DNA of 64,000 nt from Octopus vulgaris (Eukaryota): positions 58,094,001-58,158,000 of the forward strand of contig OX597817.1 of the NCBI GenBank assembly GCA_951406725.2, written 5' to 3'. Under the pieces are notes generated by a model that was given only the letters and a program-made list of their open reading frames with translations, did no database searches and was not told where the DNA came from. The position numbers and the translations under genes are program-made. Shown in pieces: positions 14,701-27,999 of the stretch. Position 1 is the stretch's first letter. Each line of letters starts with the position of its first letter.

Positions 14701-14864
14701 ATCCCTTCTACAAGTAGGTACAAAGCCTGAAATTTTGGCGGAGGGGACAAGTTAATTACATCGATCCCCAGTGTTTCACTGCCTCTTAATTCATCCACCC
14801 CGAAAGAATGAAATGCAAATCGACCTCAGCGGAATTTGAACTCAGAACGTAAGGACGGACCAAA

Positions 14865-15023
14865 AGCTTCAGTTTTTGGCTGATAAGGATCAGAAGTGCT
14901 ATGAGCGCAGAATCATGAAGTTGCCATGAAAAACATATAATTGATTAAAGTTCATTATTTGTGTTTAAAAAAATGAGTTTTTATCACACTAAAAAATCGA
15001 AATCACTTCTTTGCCAACCCAAT
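14865..15023 (+). mobile_element. Mariner 3' remnant with TIR
   Basis: QFLADKDQKCYERRIMKLP followed by TIR-like ttgccaacccaat. Confidence 0.55.
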
Positions 15024-15194
15024 GAAAGAAGTTTGAAAACTACATTTTGATAAAAAAAAAATGCTAAAATTAGAATTTTAAAGAATTTTATAGACAGCGT
15101 AGGCTTTAATGTCTTCTTTTTTTAAAAAAAGCTACATATTCCAAACCAACTGTAAAACAGCTTCCTTCATTATGGTATAGCATATTTATTAACA

Positions 15195-15510
<316 letters not shown>

Positions 15511-15759
15511 TGTTGACACCATAGTGAAGATCGTAATTTTCCGAAACATATTCAGGACTTCTGTATTCTGTCTGCAAGTTTGTCTTCAAGACTCTCTTGT
15601 TCTAGACAGAATCAAAATATTTAAAGAATATGATCTTCAATGATTTACTACAAACCATTTATTTTTAGTCTACAAGAAACTTCCAATGCAGCGCTGATAA
15701 AGAACAAATTGTATCCGAATTTATTGTAATGGCTGATGCATATCAGATTTTATCCATAT

Positions 15760-16025
15760 CTGTGTGTATGTATGTGTGTATGTATGTATGTATGTATGTA
15801 TGTATGTATGTATGTATGTATGTATGTATGTATGTATGTACGTACGTATGTATGTATGCATACATGTATGTATGTATGTATGTATGTATGTATGTATGTA
15901 TGTATGTATGCATGTATGTATGTATGAATGTATGTATGAATGTATGTGTAAGTGTATATGTGTGTAGGTGTGTGTATGTATGTATAGATATATACATATA
16001 TATATATATATACACATATACATAC

Positions 16026-16094
<69 letters not shown>

Positions 16095-16505
16095 TATATA
16101 TATATATATATACATATATATACATATATATATATATAATAAAATATTAGGGAATAAATCCAAACTTACAGGGAAAAATCAGATTTAGGATTGAATCCAA
16201 TTTTATAGTAAAATATTATATTATATTAAATTAGAGATAAAACCACTATTAGGCAAATCATACAATGAAAAACTTAAGTCAATACATAAGATTAATTAAT
16301 TTATATTAATTAAATATATATCAAAATTATTAAAAAAGATAATATAACACTACGATCGTTTCATGGCTGAATATATATTTGTATATATGCATGTATGTAT
16401 ATATGTGTATATATATATGTATATGTATATATCTATACATACACACACAAATATATGCATATTTATTAAATATATACATATTGTTTTTAAATGTATATAT
16501 ACATG

Positions 16506-16602
<97 letters not shown>

Positions 16603-17056
16603 ATATATTCATGTATGTATATTCATGCCCGCATGTAGATACATTTGTATGCACATACACACATGTGTGCGTGTGTTATGCTAACTTTTTATCTTTCCAT
16701 GTTTACCTTTTGAAAAGTATTTCCCCCATTTCTCTCCCTCTTGCTCCCCCCTCTCTCAACTCTCTGTCTCTCTCACTGCCCCCCTCTCTTTCTCATCCCT
16801 TCCCCATTATCACCCCTTCCCCATTATCCCCCTTCCCTCCAGCCCCCACCCTTCGCTACACCAACGAGGATGACTCAAAGCTGAAGAAATGTCAGCATAA
16901 ACTTTAAAATGCCACACTTTGTTCGGTTGGGCAGAAGTTTTCACGAAGCAGACGCATAAACACACACACGCACACAGACACACACACACACACACATACT
17001 AGCTCTCTCAAATTCATACAGATACATACAAAATGCACTAATATGCATCACATATA

Positions 17057-17087
<31 letters not shown>

Positions 17088-17106
17088 GTATATATGTATA
17101 TATGTA

Positions 17107-17148
<42 letters not shown>

Positions 17149-17152
17149 TATT

Positions 17153-17208
<56 letters not shown>

Positions 17209-17261
17209 AGCATATATATATATACATATATATATGTATGTATGTATGTATGTATTTATGT

Positions 17262-17293
<32 letters not shown>

Positions 17294-17299
17294 TATACA

Positions 17300-17369
<70 letters not shown>

Positions 17370-17376
17370 GTATGTA

Positions 17377-17428
<52 letters not shown>

Positions 17429-17430
17429 GA
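15760..17430. repeat. Cluster of (TATG)n/(TA)n/(TG)n microsatellites
   Basis: Seen directly; source of the YI/CV-rich ORFs. Confidence 0.9.
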
Positions 17431-17799
17431 ATATATATATGTGGCAGAATGACGAAAGGCAATTATCAAGCAAATGAAATTGTGTGTTTATTGTTTTGTA
17501 TGAATGAAGTTGTATGCAAATGTATAAGATAATGTCCGCGCACGTGTGTTGTGGTGGTGGTGGTGGTGGTGGTGGTGTGTGTGTGCGTGTGTGCGTAAAT
17601 ATAACAAAGGACAATAAATGTCCCAGAGAGAATCATCTCCCAATGTCCCCTAGAAACCTCTGTTCCCCAGGAAACCCCGACAGCTCTCCGTTGCAGGCTC
17701 ATGGACCCTTTCTTTCCCGCTTCTTTCTTTCCTTCATTCCTCTTCGAACCTGTTGACAGAACAACAGTCTTCAGTCATTATTCACTGGTGTGGAGCTTG

Positions 17800-17839
<40 letters not shown>

Positions 17840-18314
17840 TCTCTCTCTCTCATCCTCCCCCCACCCTGCCATTCTCTTTCCACTTTAGGGAACAATCCAA
17901 CGAGGTCGTTTCTAATTGTAAGTCCAATCTGCTGGAAATAGCAGCCAAATTCCCTCTAAATCACACCCTACCATCTTAAAAGAGAGTACATCAGATCATA
18001 TGTGGTCCCTGGGCCTCCTAAATATAGGAAATAGATGGGATGGTCACGGTTGAAGAAGCTTTAGTCAGCAGAATTAAGCTGAAGTTCAATACCACCGTCA
18101 CAACAACATCATTATCATCAACAGCAGCAACAACAACCGTTCGAGATCTCCATTTCCAGCGGCTTCGAGGGCCACCTCCCAGTGGTGTCGGGCGTCAACG
18201 AAGAGCCCTCGACTACAACAAGACGACCGAAGTTTTTTTTTTCCCCAAGGTCTGGGGTCTCCCGCCCCTAAACTCTAGACCATCACCTAATCACCCTTAC
18301 CCGTCTTGTTGCTT

Positions 18315-18505
<191 letters not shown>

Positions 18506-20714
18506 CAGCAACAACAGCCGCAGCAAGTACATCTGAGGCAACAACAGCCACAACAACAAGAATAACAGCAATAACACAAACAACAGCAACCATATTAACA
18601 TGATCTCCACGATGACGACGACGACCACCACCACCGCCGCTGCCGCCGCCACCGCGCTGCCGCCGCCGCTGCCGCCGCCACCGCCACTGCCGCCAATAAT
18701 AAATTCAACAGCACCAATAACAATGCCACCATCACCACAACCAACAACAACAACAACAACTTCGAGCGATACTTAAGCTGATGAAACATTCGTCTGAGAA
18801 GACAAAGTCATTTTTTTCTTTCTTTTAAATCTTCCCTGTCATGTTAGCAGCCTGCCTGTAGTAATATTGATTGTAATAAACCTGACTCTCTTAATCCGGA
18901 TGGTTGAAATAATCTGAAGAACTAAACAAGTAAAGTTTGGAAATTTGGAGAAGATCACTCGGCTAGAAGATGACGAAAATACTTCTGACGTTCCAGATAA
19001 AATTCTTCGTTCTATTTAAAGGGAAATATAAAAATATTTCTCTTCTCTCCGCAACTTGCAAACATCACCAAAATATATTTTTTACCAACGATAATCACCA
19101 CGAGTCGGATTATACTTTATGATTTAGTATAGATCAATAAAAAGAGTACAGAAGAAATGGTTGTCGGAGTGGGAGATGCAACGTTTCGGACAAAGTCGTT
19201 CTTCAAGGAAGAAATTGTAAAAAAAGAGATCCGGTATGAGAGAAGAAGAAAGGAGGAGGAATAGCATGAGAAGGACAAGCAGACGAAGGCGAGAGTGGTA
19301 TGAAGGGAAGAGATGAGGTGAGAGGGGAGTTGAAGGATCAGAAAGGAGTTTATTGATCAAAATTGGTGGAGGAGCAGAAATGAAAACGCTCGTTGAAACT
19401 TGATTCCAAGTTTGAAAATATGAACGTTGTTCCTTTTGTTTGATTTGAGAATGTGAATCCATTGTGTGCGCAGATGCTGCATACTGATAAGTGAGAGATG
19501 AAACGACCCGGCATGTTGAAGCGGGTGGCTACAGCTTGGCTTGGTATTCGTAGTAATACGCTTCGAATGTAATCTCAAAAGTGTTCAGCAAAGCGTTGGT
19601 CTGTTTCCTGTCAAAAGCGCCGCCAAGATTTGCAGACGATGCAATATATAAAGTAAGACGATGCAGCCACGTAGGCAGTCGATTGCAACTGGGGGTGCTA
19701 TCTTGATAGCTGGGGGTGCTGAACAAGGGTACAGACAAAAGCCCCTACTTAAAGTGTGAAAGTGACCAAAAGCCCCATGCTTATATTTTTCGGTTATTTT
19801 TTTTCACATTTCTTCACATACTTTCAACAGCAACGACAATCACCAGCACAACCGCCGCCGTCGCCAAAACCACCACCACCACCACCACAACAACAACAAC
19901 AACAACAACAACTGACCCCAGCGTCAGCCACTCCTTAATTCAACACAGTGGATGACCGGGTCAGCAGCAGCCAATTCTGCCACAACAATTACAGCTACAA
20001 CAAACAGCTCCTCTAATTTACCCAGGTTTTCTTCATATCACTGTAACTACGAAATCAAAAGAAATTCAACTTATTGCGTCTTTAGCGACATCAGTTATTC
20101 CGACAATTTCATCCACTTTTGAAATTGTCGCAAGGACAGGATTGATTTAATCGACGCCAGTGCGTGCAGGGTCGATAAATTAAGTACCAGTTGCGTACTG
20201 AGGTCCATATAATCGACTTAATCCGTTTGTCTGTCCTTGTTTGTCCCCTCTGTGTTTAGCCCCTTGTGGATAGTAAAGAAATAGGTATTTCGTCTGCCGC
20301 TACATTCTGAGTTCAAATTCCGCCGAGGTCGACTTTGCTTTTCATTCTTTCGGAGTCGATAAATTAAGTACCAGTTGCGTACTGGTTCGATGTGATCGAC
20401 TTGATCCTTTCCCCAAAATGTCAGGATGATGATGATCCAGGGGAGGCCACTCTATTTTTCATTTTTTTTTTTTGTTACCCAAAACTAAAAATATTGTAAT
20501 CAGGTTAATAAAGAACAAGGTTGTTGTTGCTGTTCTTGTTTAATCCCGGCATTTCGTCCATCTTTATGGTCCTGAGTTCAAATTACGCTAAGTTCGACTT
20601 CGCCTCTCAACTTTTCGAAGTCGATAAAACAAATTACCAATTGAGCACAGGGCTCGAAGTGACCAGCTATCCCCCTCCCACAAAATTCCAGGCCTTTTGC
20701 CTATAGAGGAAAGG

Positions 20715-20751
<37 letters not shown>

Positions 20752-20948
20752 CCGTCATCGTCATCATCATCATCGTAGTTGTCATCATCATCATCATCAT
20801 CATCATCATCACCATCCTCACCATCCTCACCTCCTCATCATCATCGTCATCTTCATCATCATCATCACCATCATCATCATCATCGTCGTCATCATCATCA
20901 TCACCATTTTCCTCCCCCTCCTCCTCATCTTCATCACCATCATCAACG

Positions 20949-21028
<80 letters not shown>

Positions 21029-21130
21029 GTCATCGTCATCGTCATCGTCGTCGTCGTCATCATCATCCTCATCACCATCTTCCCCCTCCTCCTCCTCCTC
21101 CTCCTCCTCATCATCATCATCATCATCGTC
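20715..21130. repeat. (CAT)n-derived repeat
   Basis: Seen directly. Confidence 0.95.
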
Positions 21131-21624
21131 AACGCTGCGAACTGGTACAATCGTTCACATGCCGGGCCGCGGCATTTCTTACGGGTCTTTACGTTCTGAG
21201 TTCAAATTCCGCCGAGGTCGACTTTGCCTTTCATCCTTTCGGGATCGGTGAAATAAGCAGCAGTTGGACATTGGGGTCAATTTAATCGGCCACACCCTCT
21301 TTACAAAGTTTTGGGCTTTTGGCTTATTCAAGAAAGCTGAGTTCAAATTCTGCCGGTGTCGAATTTACCCCTTCATCACCCCCGAGATCGATGAAATAAG
21401 CACCAGTTGAGTGCTGGGGTTCGATATAATCGACCAGCCCCCTCCCTCAAAATTTCAGGTCTTGTGTCAAATAATAAAGGCGGCGAGCTGGCAGTATCGT
21501 TAGCTTGGCGGACAGAATGCTTAACAGCATTTCTTCCGGTTCTTTACGTTCTGAGTTCAGATCCTTCCGAGATCAACTTTCCTGTTCATCTTTTTGGGGT
21601 CAATGTCCCCTAAAAATTTCCAAC

Positions 21625-21779
21625 AGGCGTATGGGTGGCTGTGTGGTAAGTAACTTGCTTACGAACCACATGGTTCCAGGTTCAGTCCCACTGCGTGGCA
21701 CCTTGGGCAAGTGTCTTCTACTATAGCCTTGTGAGTGGATTTGGTAGACGGAAACTGAAAGAAGCTCGTTGTATATATG

Positions 21780-21810
<31 letters not shown>

Positions 21811-21995
21811 TTGTCCCCCCAACATCACTTGACAACCGATGCTGGTGTGTTTACGTCACTGTAACTTAATGGTTCGCAAAAGAGACCGATAGAATAAGTA
21901 CTAGGCTTACAAAGAATAAGTCCTGGGGTCGATTTGCTCGACTAAAGGCGGTGCTCCAGCATGGCCACAGTTAAATGACTGAAACAAGTAAAAGT
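21625..21995 (+). mobile_element. SINE family B (tRNA head, CCTTGGGCAAGT core, internal TA/TG microsatellite); other copies at ~23505-23845, 30160-30530(-), 37801-37950, 38600-38975, 59960-60360
   Basis: A/B-box-like head ggctgtgtggtaag...ggttcagtccc; many copies within the window. Confidence 0.85.
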
Positions 21996-23869
21996 GTAAC
22001 AAACAACTTTCAATATATTCCTTATATTTTGTCTTTTACAGATGTTTGCCAGAGTAAATGTAAAAAAACGAAGGGAGATCACTGATGTAGACGAAGGATG
22101 ACCCAGGGGAGGTCACTCTACTTTCTTTTTTTTTTTTAACCCTAAACTGAAAATATTTTTACGCGAAGTTAATAAAGAACGAAGTTGTTGTTGTTAAGCA
22201 ACAAGACGGGTGAGGGTGATTAGGTGATGGTCTAGGGCTTAGGGGCAGGAGACCCCAGACATTGGAAAAAAAAAACTTTGGTCGTCTTGTTGTAGTCGAG
22301 GGCTCTTCGTTGACGCCCTACACCACCCTCGAAGTCGCTGGAAATGGAGATCTCCAGGTCCAAATTCTTGAACGGCTGCTGTTGCTGTTGTTAAAATTGA
22401 AGATTAGCTCTGATTGACTTAATCAAAGACATTCCACCCACGATAATTCTAGATTACTTTAAAATAAACACATAATCCAAAACCTCCATGCTTTTCTAAC
22501 GGTAGGGTGGGATTTAGAAGAGGCTTTGCTACTAAGCACCCGTGTCACGGTTATGTATGTATGTATGTATTCATGCAGGCACGTAGCCACGGTGGGGCTA
22601 TGGGGTGCTCGGCACCCCCACTTAGAATCTCAGCCCATCCTTCCACCAGTATGAGAATTTGTTTTATCAACTTTTGAAATTGTCGCAATATCTTATTTCT
22701 TTACTACCCACAAGGGGCTTTAAACACAGAGGGGACAAACAAGGACAGAGAAAGGGATTAAGTCGATTACATCGACTCCAGTGCAAAACTGGTACTTATT
22801 TGATCGACCCCAAAAAGGATGAAAGGCAAAGTCGACCTCGGCGGAATTTGAACTCAGAACGAAGCGGCAAACGAAATACCTATTTCTTTACTACCCACAA
22901 GGGGCTAAACACAGAGGGGACAAACAAGGACAGACAAACGGATTAAGTCGATTATATGGACTCCAGTACGCAACTGGTATTTAATTTATCGACCCAGAAA
23001 GGATCGCACGCACCAGTGCGACTTTGTCCTTGCGACAATTTCAAAAGTGGTTGAAATTGTCGGAATACCTGATGTCGCTAAAGATGCAATAAATTGAATT
23101 TCTTTTGATTTCGTAGTTACAGTGATGTGAAGAAAACCTGGGTAAATTAGAGGAGCTGTTTGTTGTAGCTGTAATTATTGTGGCAGAATTGGCTGCTGCT
23201 GACCCGGTCATCAAGTGTTGAATTAAGGAGTGGCTGACGCTGGGGTCAGTTGTTGGTGTTGTTGTTGTGGTTGTGATGGTGGTGGTGGCGACGGCGGCGG
23301 TCGTGCTGGTGATTGTCCTTGTTGCTGTAGTTAGAGATTGATGGTAGTAACTGGCAGAATTGCTAGCAAGTCGGGCGAAATGCTTAGCGGTATTTCGGCT
23401 GCCGTTACGTTGTGAGTTCAAATTCTGCCAAGGTCGACTTTGCCTTTCATCCTTTTGGGGTCGATAAATTAAGTAGTCAATTTAATGTTATTGAGGAACG
23501 CATACTTCGAAAAGCTTGCGGGTCCCAACATGGTTCCGGGTTTAGCCCCACTGCGTGGCACCTTGGGCAAGTGTCTTCTACTATAGTCTCAGGCCAATGA
23601 AAGCCTTGTGAGTAGATTTAGTAGACAGAAACTGAAAGAAGCCCATCATATATATATGAATGTGTGTGTATATGTTTGTGTGTCTGTGTTTGTCCGCCAC
23701 AACATCGCGTGACAACCGATGCTGGTGTGTTTACGTCCCCCGTAACTTAGTGTTTCGACAAAAGGGGCAGAGGATTGATTTGCTCAACTAAATGCGGTGC
23801 ACCAGCATGGCCACAATCTAAAGCAAGTAAAAGAATAAAAGAAGAATGGAGAAAACTAAACCAAATGCG

Positions 23870-24580
23870 AGTCTGACCTGTAAGCCTATCAACCAACAGG
23901 ATCACCATTTTGTTTAATGAGGGAAAATTTGAAGTTATGTGCTTTGGAAAAGAGATTCTGTTTGCTCACATAGTAATTATTGACAAGAATCTCAGTTGAA
24001 GATGTGAGCATCGACAATAAAGTCAATATGGCTCACTGGATCAGCTCCTGAATCCTCAAAACTTTGCTGTCCAGAGAGTCAGATGTCATTGTTCCAACCT
24101 AAAATACAGCTGACCCCTCATATGGGGTCACCTCATACCAAACAAAACATTTTGAGAATTGAATGAAAATTAAAAGGCATGATTGATCTTGATTATTGGG
24201 ACCACCTTAAAATATTGGAACTTGATTCTCTCCAGCACTGCTGTGAGCGCTACACCATTTGTACAAACAACATGGAGAGTAATCCACCAGCATACACCTT
24301 AACATCAAATTCAGAATTCATCCAAGGCTGGGGGCCAAGTGCCCTATGACCCTTACAGAATTCAGGATCACAACACATAAATTCACTGCAACACAATTTC
24401 TTTTCCTCAACGGGCCCTGCTCTATTTAACGTTAATCCCAAAACAAATCAAAAACGAAAAGATCCCACTTCAGATGAAACCTGGACAAATTTCTTCAAGG
24501 GATCCCAGATAAGCCTCCTATATCTGGATACATCTCAATCAACAACTCCCTACATGAGTGGGACCTACCACAAAACACAA
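23870..24580 (+). mobile_element. CR1-clade LINE 3' remnant
   Basis: FNEGKFEVMCFGK, YWDHLKILELDSLQHCCERY (cf. Y.ERL..L.L.SL..RR.R), NLDKFLQGIPDKP. Confidence 0.75.
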
Positions 24581-24681
24581 CTTAAAAATGACTAAACGGA
24601 TTCTATTAGGGGCTGCTATTTTCTCCTATACTACAAAAAAATCTCTTTTAGCCCCCAAAATGCATATACTAAAACTTTTTT

Positions 24682-24773
24682 CCACGGGTATATGGTGTAG
24701 TGATTAAGAGCGCGGGCTACTAACCCCAAGATTCTGAGTTTGATTCCAGGCAGTGACCTGAATAATAATAATG

Positions 24774-24810
<37 letters not shown>

Positions 24811-25052
24811 TAAGAATAATAATGATAATAATAATGATAATAATAATAATAATAATAATAATAATAGTAATAATAATAATAATAATGATAATAATAATAA
24901 TAATAACAACAACAACGAAAAATACCTTAGGAATGAGAACCCAGAAATTTCCCCATGACACCTGATGAAGGCTGGAGGGTATATCAGCCGAAATGTTGTG
25001 TTGACAACAAACAAGATAAGGACAAATATCCGTCAAATGTAAATAATGTAAA
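24682..25052 (+). mobile_element. Short element: tRNA-like head + (AAT)n + hammerhead ribozyme; same sequence as the terminal repeat of the Penelope element at 32706-33488
   Basis: TGGTGTAGTG.TTAAG...GAGTTTGATTCC head; homologous to 32735-32965(-) and 33312-33488(+). Confidence 0.8.
24957..25002 (+). ncRNA. Minimal type I hammerhead ribozyme (Penelope-type)
   Basis: gacac-CTGATGA-a-GGCTG(10 nt)CAGCC-GAAA-tg-TT-gtgtt. Stem I gacac/gtgtt; stem III CG appears as TG here but as CG in the 33.4-kb copy. Confidence 0.7.
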
Positions 25053-25588
25053 ACCTTATTTTATAAAAAAGACCCAAAGCAACATGTGACTCTTTAATTT
25101 CCCTTCTTTTGCACTTTTATATAAATCATAAATGCCAAATGCATCTTCGGAATACGTACACCAACGTAATTTTAGTTATGATACAAAAATGCTTATTCAG
25201 TAAAAACATGTTGTTATATTTTTATTCTTTATACAAACACATCAAATATAATTATTCTCTACTAATGTTAAAACATTAAACTTGTTTTAATTACACAATA
25301 TGTGCATGCGTGTGCGTGTGTATGAATATATGTGTGTGTATATAAGAACATTTGGCTGCATTTTCAGTATTTTTCATATATATATATATATACATATATG
25401 CTTGTTAAATGCTCGAAATACGAGACTAGAAAAACAGTCAACAACTGATGAAGGGTCGTTCTTTGTGTTGTTTGTCTTGTTTTCCATTTGTGTCTTTTGT
25501 TGTTCAAAAGAATAGTTCATGTTCCATGTACTCGTGCTTCGTATTTTTTTATTGTACACATTTCGTGACGTCCTGTGCCCACATATGC

Positions 25589-25623
<35 letters not shown>

Positions 25624-25768
25624 TATATTATTATTATTATATGATTGAACACCACACATCTTTTTCCAAGTAAGTTTTATCTATATATATGTATACATAT
25701 ATCTACACACACACACATATATATATGTATATATATACATACATGTATATATATACACACACACATGC

Positions 25769-25800
<32 letters not shown>

Positions 25801-26721
25801 ATGTATAAGGCACAATAAATAATCATTTGCGAGCTGGACTGAAGGAAGCAAAAGTCTTTGTAGGGTCTTCCAGCAGAATAAGGCAGAGGGGGGGGGGATA
25901 ATGAAAGGAAAGAGAGAGTGTGGCTGGGAGTTGGGTATGTGCAAGGGACACAACAACCACTTTCAGTCTATTCCTCATCCTACCACTCCCGATGCTCCCC
26001 ATTCTTTAAACCCCCAAAAAGAAAGCTATTAACCCACCAACAGTCCAATCCTTCAACTGACCAACACTTTCCCCTCCCAAATCATTACCTTCACTCCCTC
26101 GCTATCTCTCTCTCTCTCTCTCTCACACACACTATATCTTCCATGAGATAAATATAGCATAAATTATAATGACAAATTATAATAACATAAATTATGATAA
26201 TAAACCATGATGACATAAATTATGATGGAAGATTTTAATTTATGTATGAACACTTTGAAATGAAAGGTTTCCTACCAAAACAAATGGTGGACTTAGGCAG
26301 ATTGGTGTCAAAATGATTAATAAAGTGCAGTACCAGGTTCAATTCTTCCCCTGGGTAAAGGGTAGCTAACATAACACCATGTTAATGTATTTTGCCTCAC
26401 AGATCCTAAAAACTGTAAGAATCACCAGGAAATGAAATTCTCATTGAAGTCTGCAGTAATAGGGTCTTAGATTTTAGCCCCAGGCAGCAATTGGGGAGAG
26501 GGTAGTCGATACCCTCAACCTCAGTAGTTCATTGGTACATTGTTGACCCTGAAAGGCTAAAGGGTAAAGTTGACCTTTAGTGACATTCAAACTCAACCAG
26601 AAGAATTACAGGTGGGCATTTTGTCCAGGTAACAATTCTGGCAGTGTATCACCTTGAAGACTTCAAGAGACAGACAGTACCACCACAACAACAATAAACC
26701 AGAAGGAACCCAGTAAATTCT

Positions 26722-27999
26722 TCATCCCAAAGAAGGCCAGAAAGCCGCAAAATACACAACTCCGTCTTCTACGTAAGACGAAACATAATCAACATGGAGA
26801 TTTTTTGCAGAAGCCTTCCTTACTTCATAAAGGAAACCATAACGAGATACGGAATGTCTTTGCCAATAATTCTTTTCCTGCTTGGAATTCCAGATGGCAC
26901 TAACAAAGGAATTGTCTCCATTGTTGAAGAATTTAACATAAATCAATGTCAGTTTGTTGTTGATCTGTTTCTTCAGCTCAAAGACGAAGTTGTCAAGAGT
27001 GATGCCTAACCAAGACACCGTTTTAATGCCAGGCTCTTCTGTTTTGGCATAAACGGAAGAGACCACAAGGCAATCATCAATTGATACCAAAGACTGAATG
27101 GTTAAATGCCATCCATTCTTCTTCAGTTCACTGATTCTAGCAAGATGTTCTTCTGGACTTTGGTGAGTATAAACCTTCTGACAAACAACATTTACATTTT
27201 CAAACACAATCAGAAAATTCAAGTGGCCCTCATGACAATAGGTCTCTAATAGTTTCACAGAGAAACCGAGGTCACATTGTTTACTTACAACAATATCCAC
27301 ATTATCAACCGAAACATCAAGACACACAAGCGACTGGTTAGCATTACTATGACTACTACTACTCCTATGCCATACTGTGTTAAAATAGGTTTTGCTGTCG
27401 AGTTGATGGCTGCTTAACCAGTGAAGGCTATAACTCAAAGACATCATCATATCAACATGTGCCTGCAGAAGATCATGAGGAATTATAATGGTAACGACTT
27501 GTTTACCATCTTCGGTCGATATATTTAATGAAGAATCACTGAGAGGCTTCCCTTCGTGCCATAATGGTAAGCTAGGAATCACACTGAGACCGTATCTCAT
27601 CAACCCATTGAGGTCCATGTCTTTAGACCAGGCATTAAACAACAAGACCCAAGTAAGTCCAGACTTATCATGCATCACAGTACATGATGTTCCCTCCATT
27701 GCTCCAGTATGGCCCCACGAACAGCCATTATCTTCCACCTCTAAGCCAAATCCATACCATTCATCACCATTCTCATATTCAGGACGGTTGAGCATCATTT
27801 GAACGGTTTCCCCTTCTAGCAGTTTGGACTGATTCTCAAACAAACAATTGAACAACTGGAGTACATCACTGGCATTGGCCACCCAGCCTCCATACGATTC
27901 CGCTCCATCCATTTGTACCAGACTCGAATTTGGAAGTGTCCATCCTTGGAAAGCTTGGGGTTTTCTCAGTTCCAGCCAAGATTTGTGGAAATAATTCAC
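26722..27999 (-). CDS. Terminal coding exon 6: C-terminal half of the hydrolase (HTG) plus five ~50-aa repeats
   Basis: 425-codon open frame; acceptor ctgtattccag|GTG, TGA stop at 26724-26722. Confidence 0.93.
   Translation of the reverse strand: MNYFHKSWLELRKPQAFQGWTLPNSSLVQMDGAESYGGWVANASDVLQLFNCLFENQSKLLEGETVQMMLNRPEYENGDEWYGFGLEVEDNGCSWGHTGAMEGTSCTVMHDKSGLTWVLLFNAWSKDMDLNGLMRYGLSVIPSLPLWHEGKPLSDSSLNISTEDGKQVVTIIIPHDLLQAHVDMMMSLSYSLHWLSSHQLDSKTYFNTVWHRSSSSHSNANQSLVCLDVSVDNVDIVVSKQCDLGFSVKLLETYCHEGHLNFLIVFENVNVVCQKVYTHQSPEEHLARISELKKNGWHLTIQSLVSIDDCLVVSSVYAKTEEPGIKTVSWLGITLDNFVFELKKQINNKLTLIYVKFFNNGDNSFVSAIWNSKQEKNYWQRHSVSRYGFLYEVRKASAKNLHVDYVSSYVEDGVVYFAAFWPSLG

Noticed and set aside
19124-19462. 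112-aa ORF with a hydrophobic stretch
   Set aside because: No recognisable family; the hydrophobicity derives from a GA-rich tract on the opposite strand.
19952-20122. 56-aa ORF (MTGSAAANS...) intact in both arms of the inverted duplication (also 23211-23041)
   Set aside because: All six differences between the copies are non-synonymous in this frame, so there is no sign of coding constraint.
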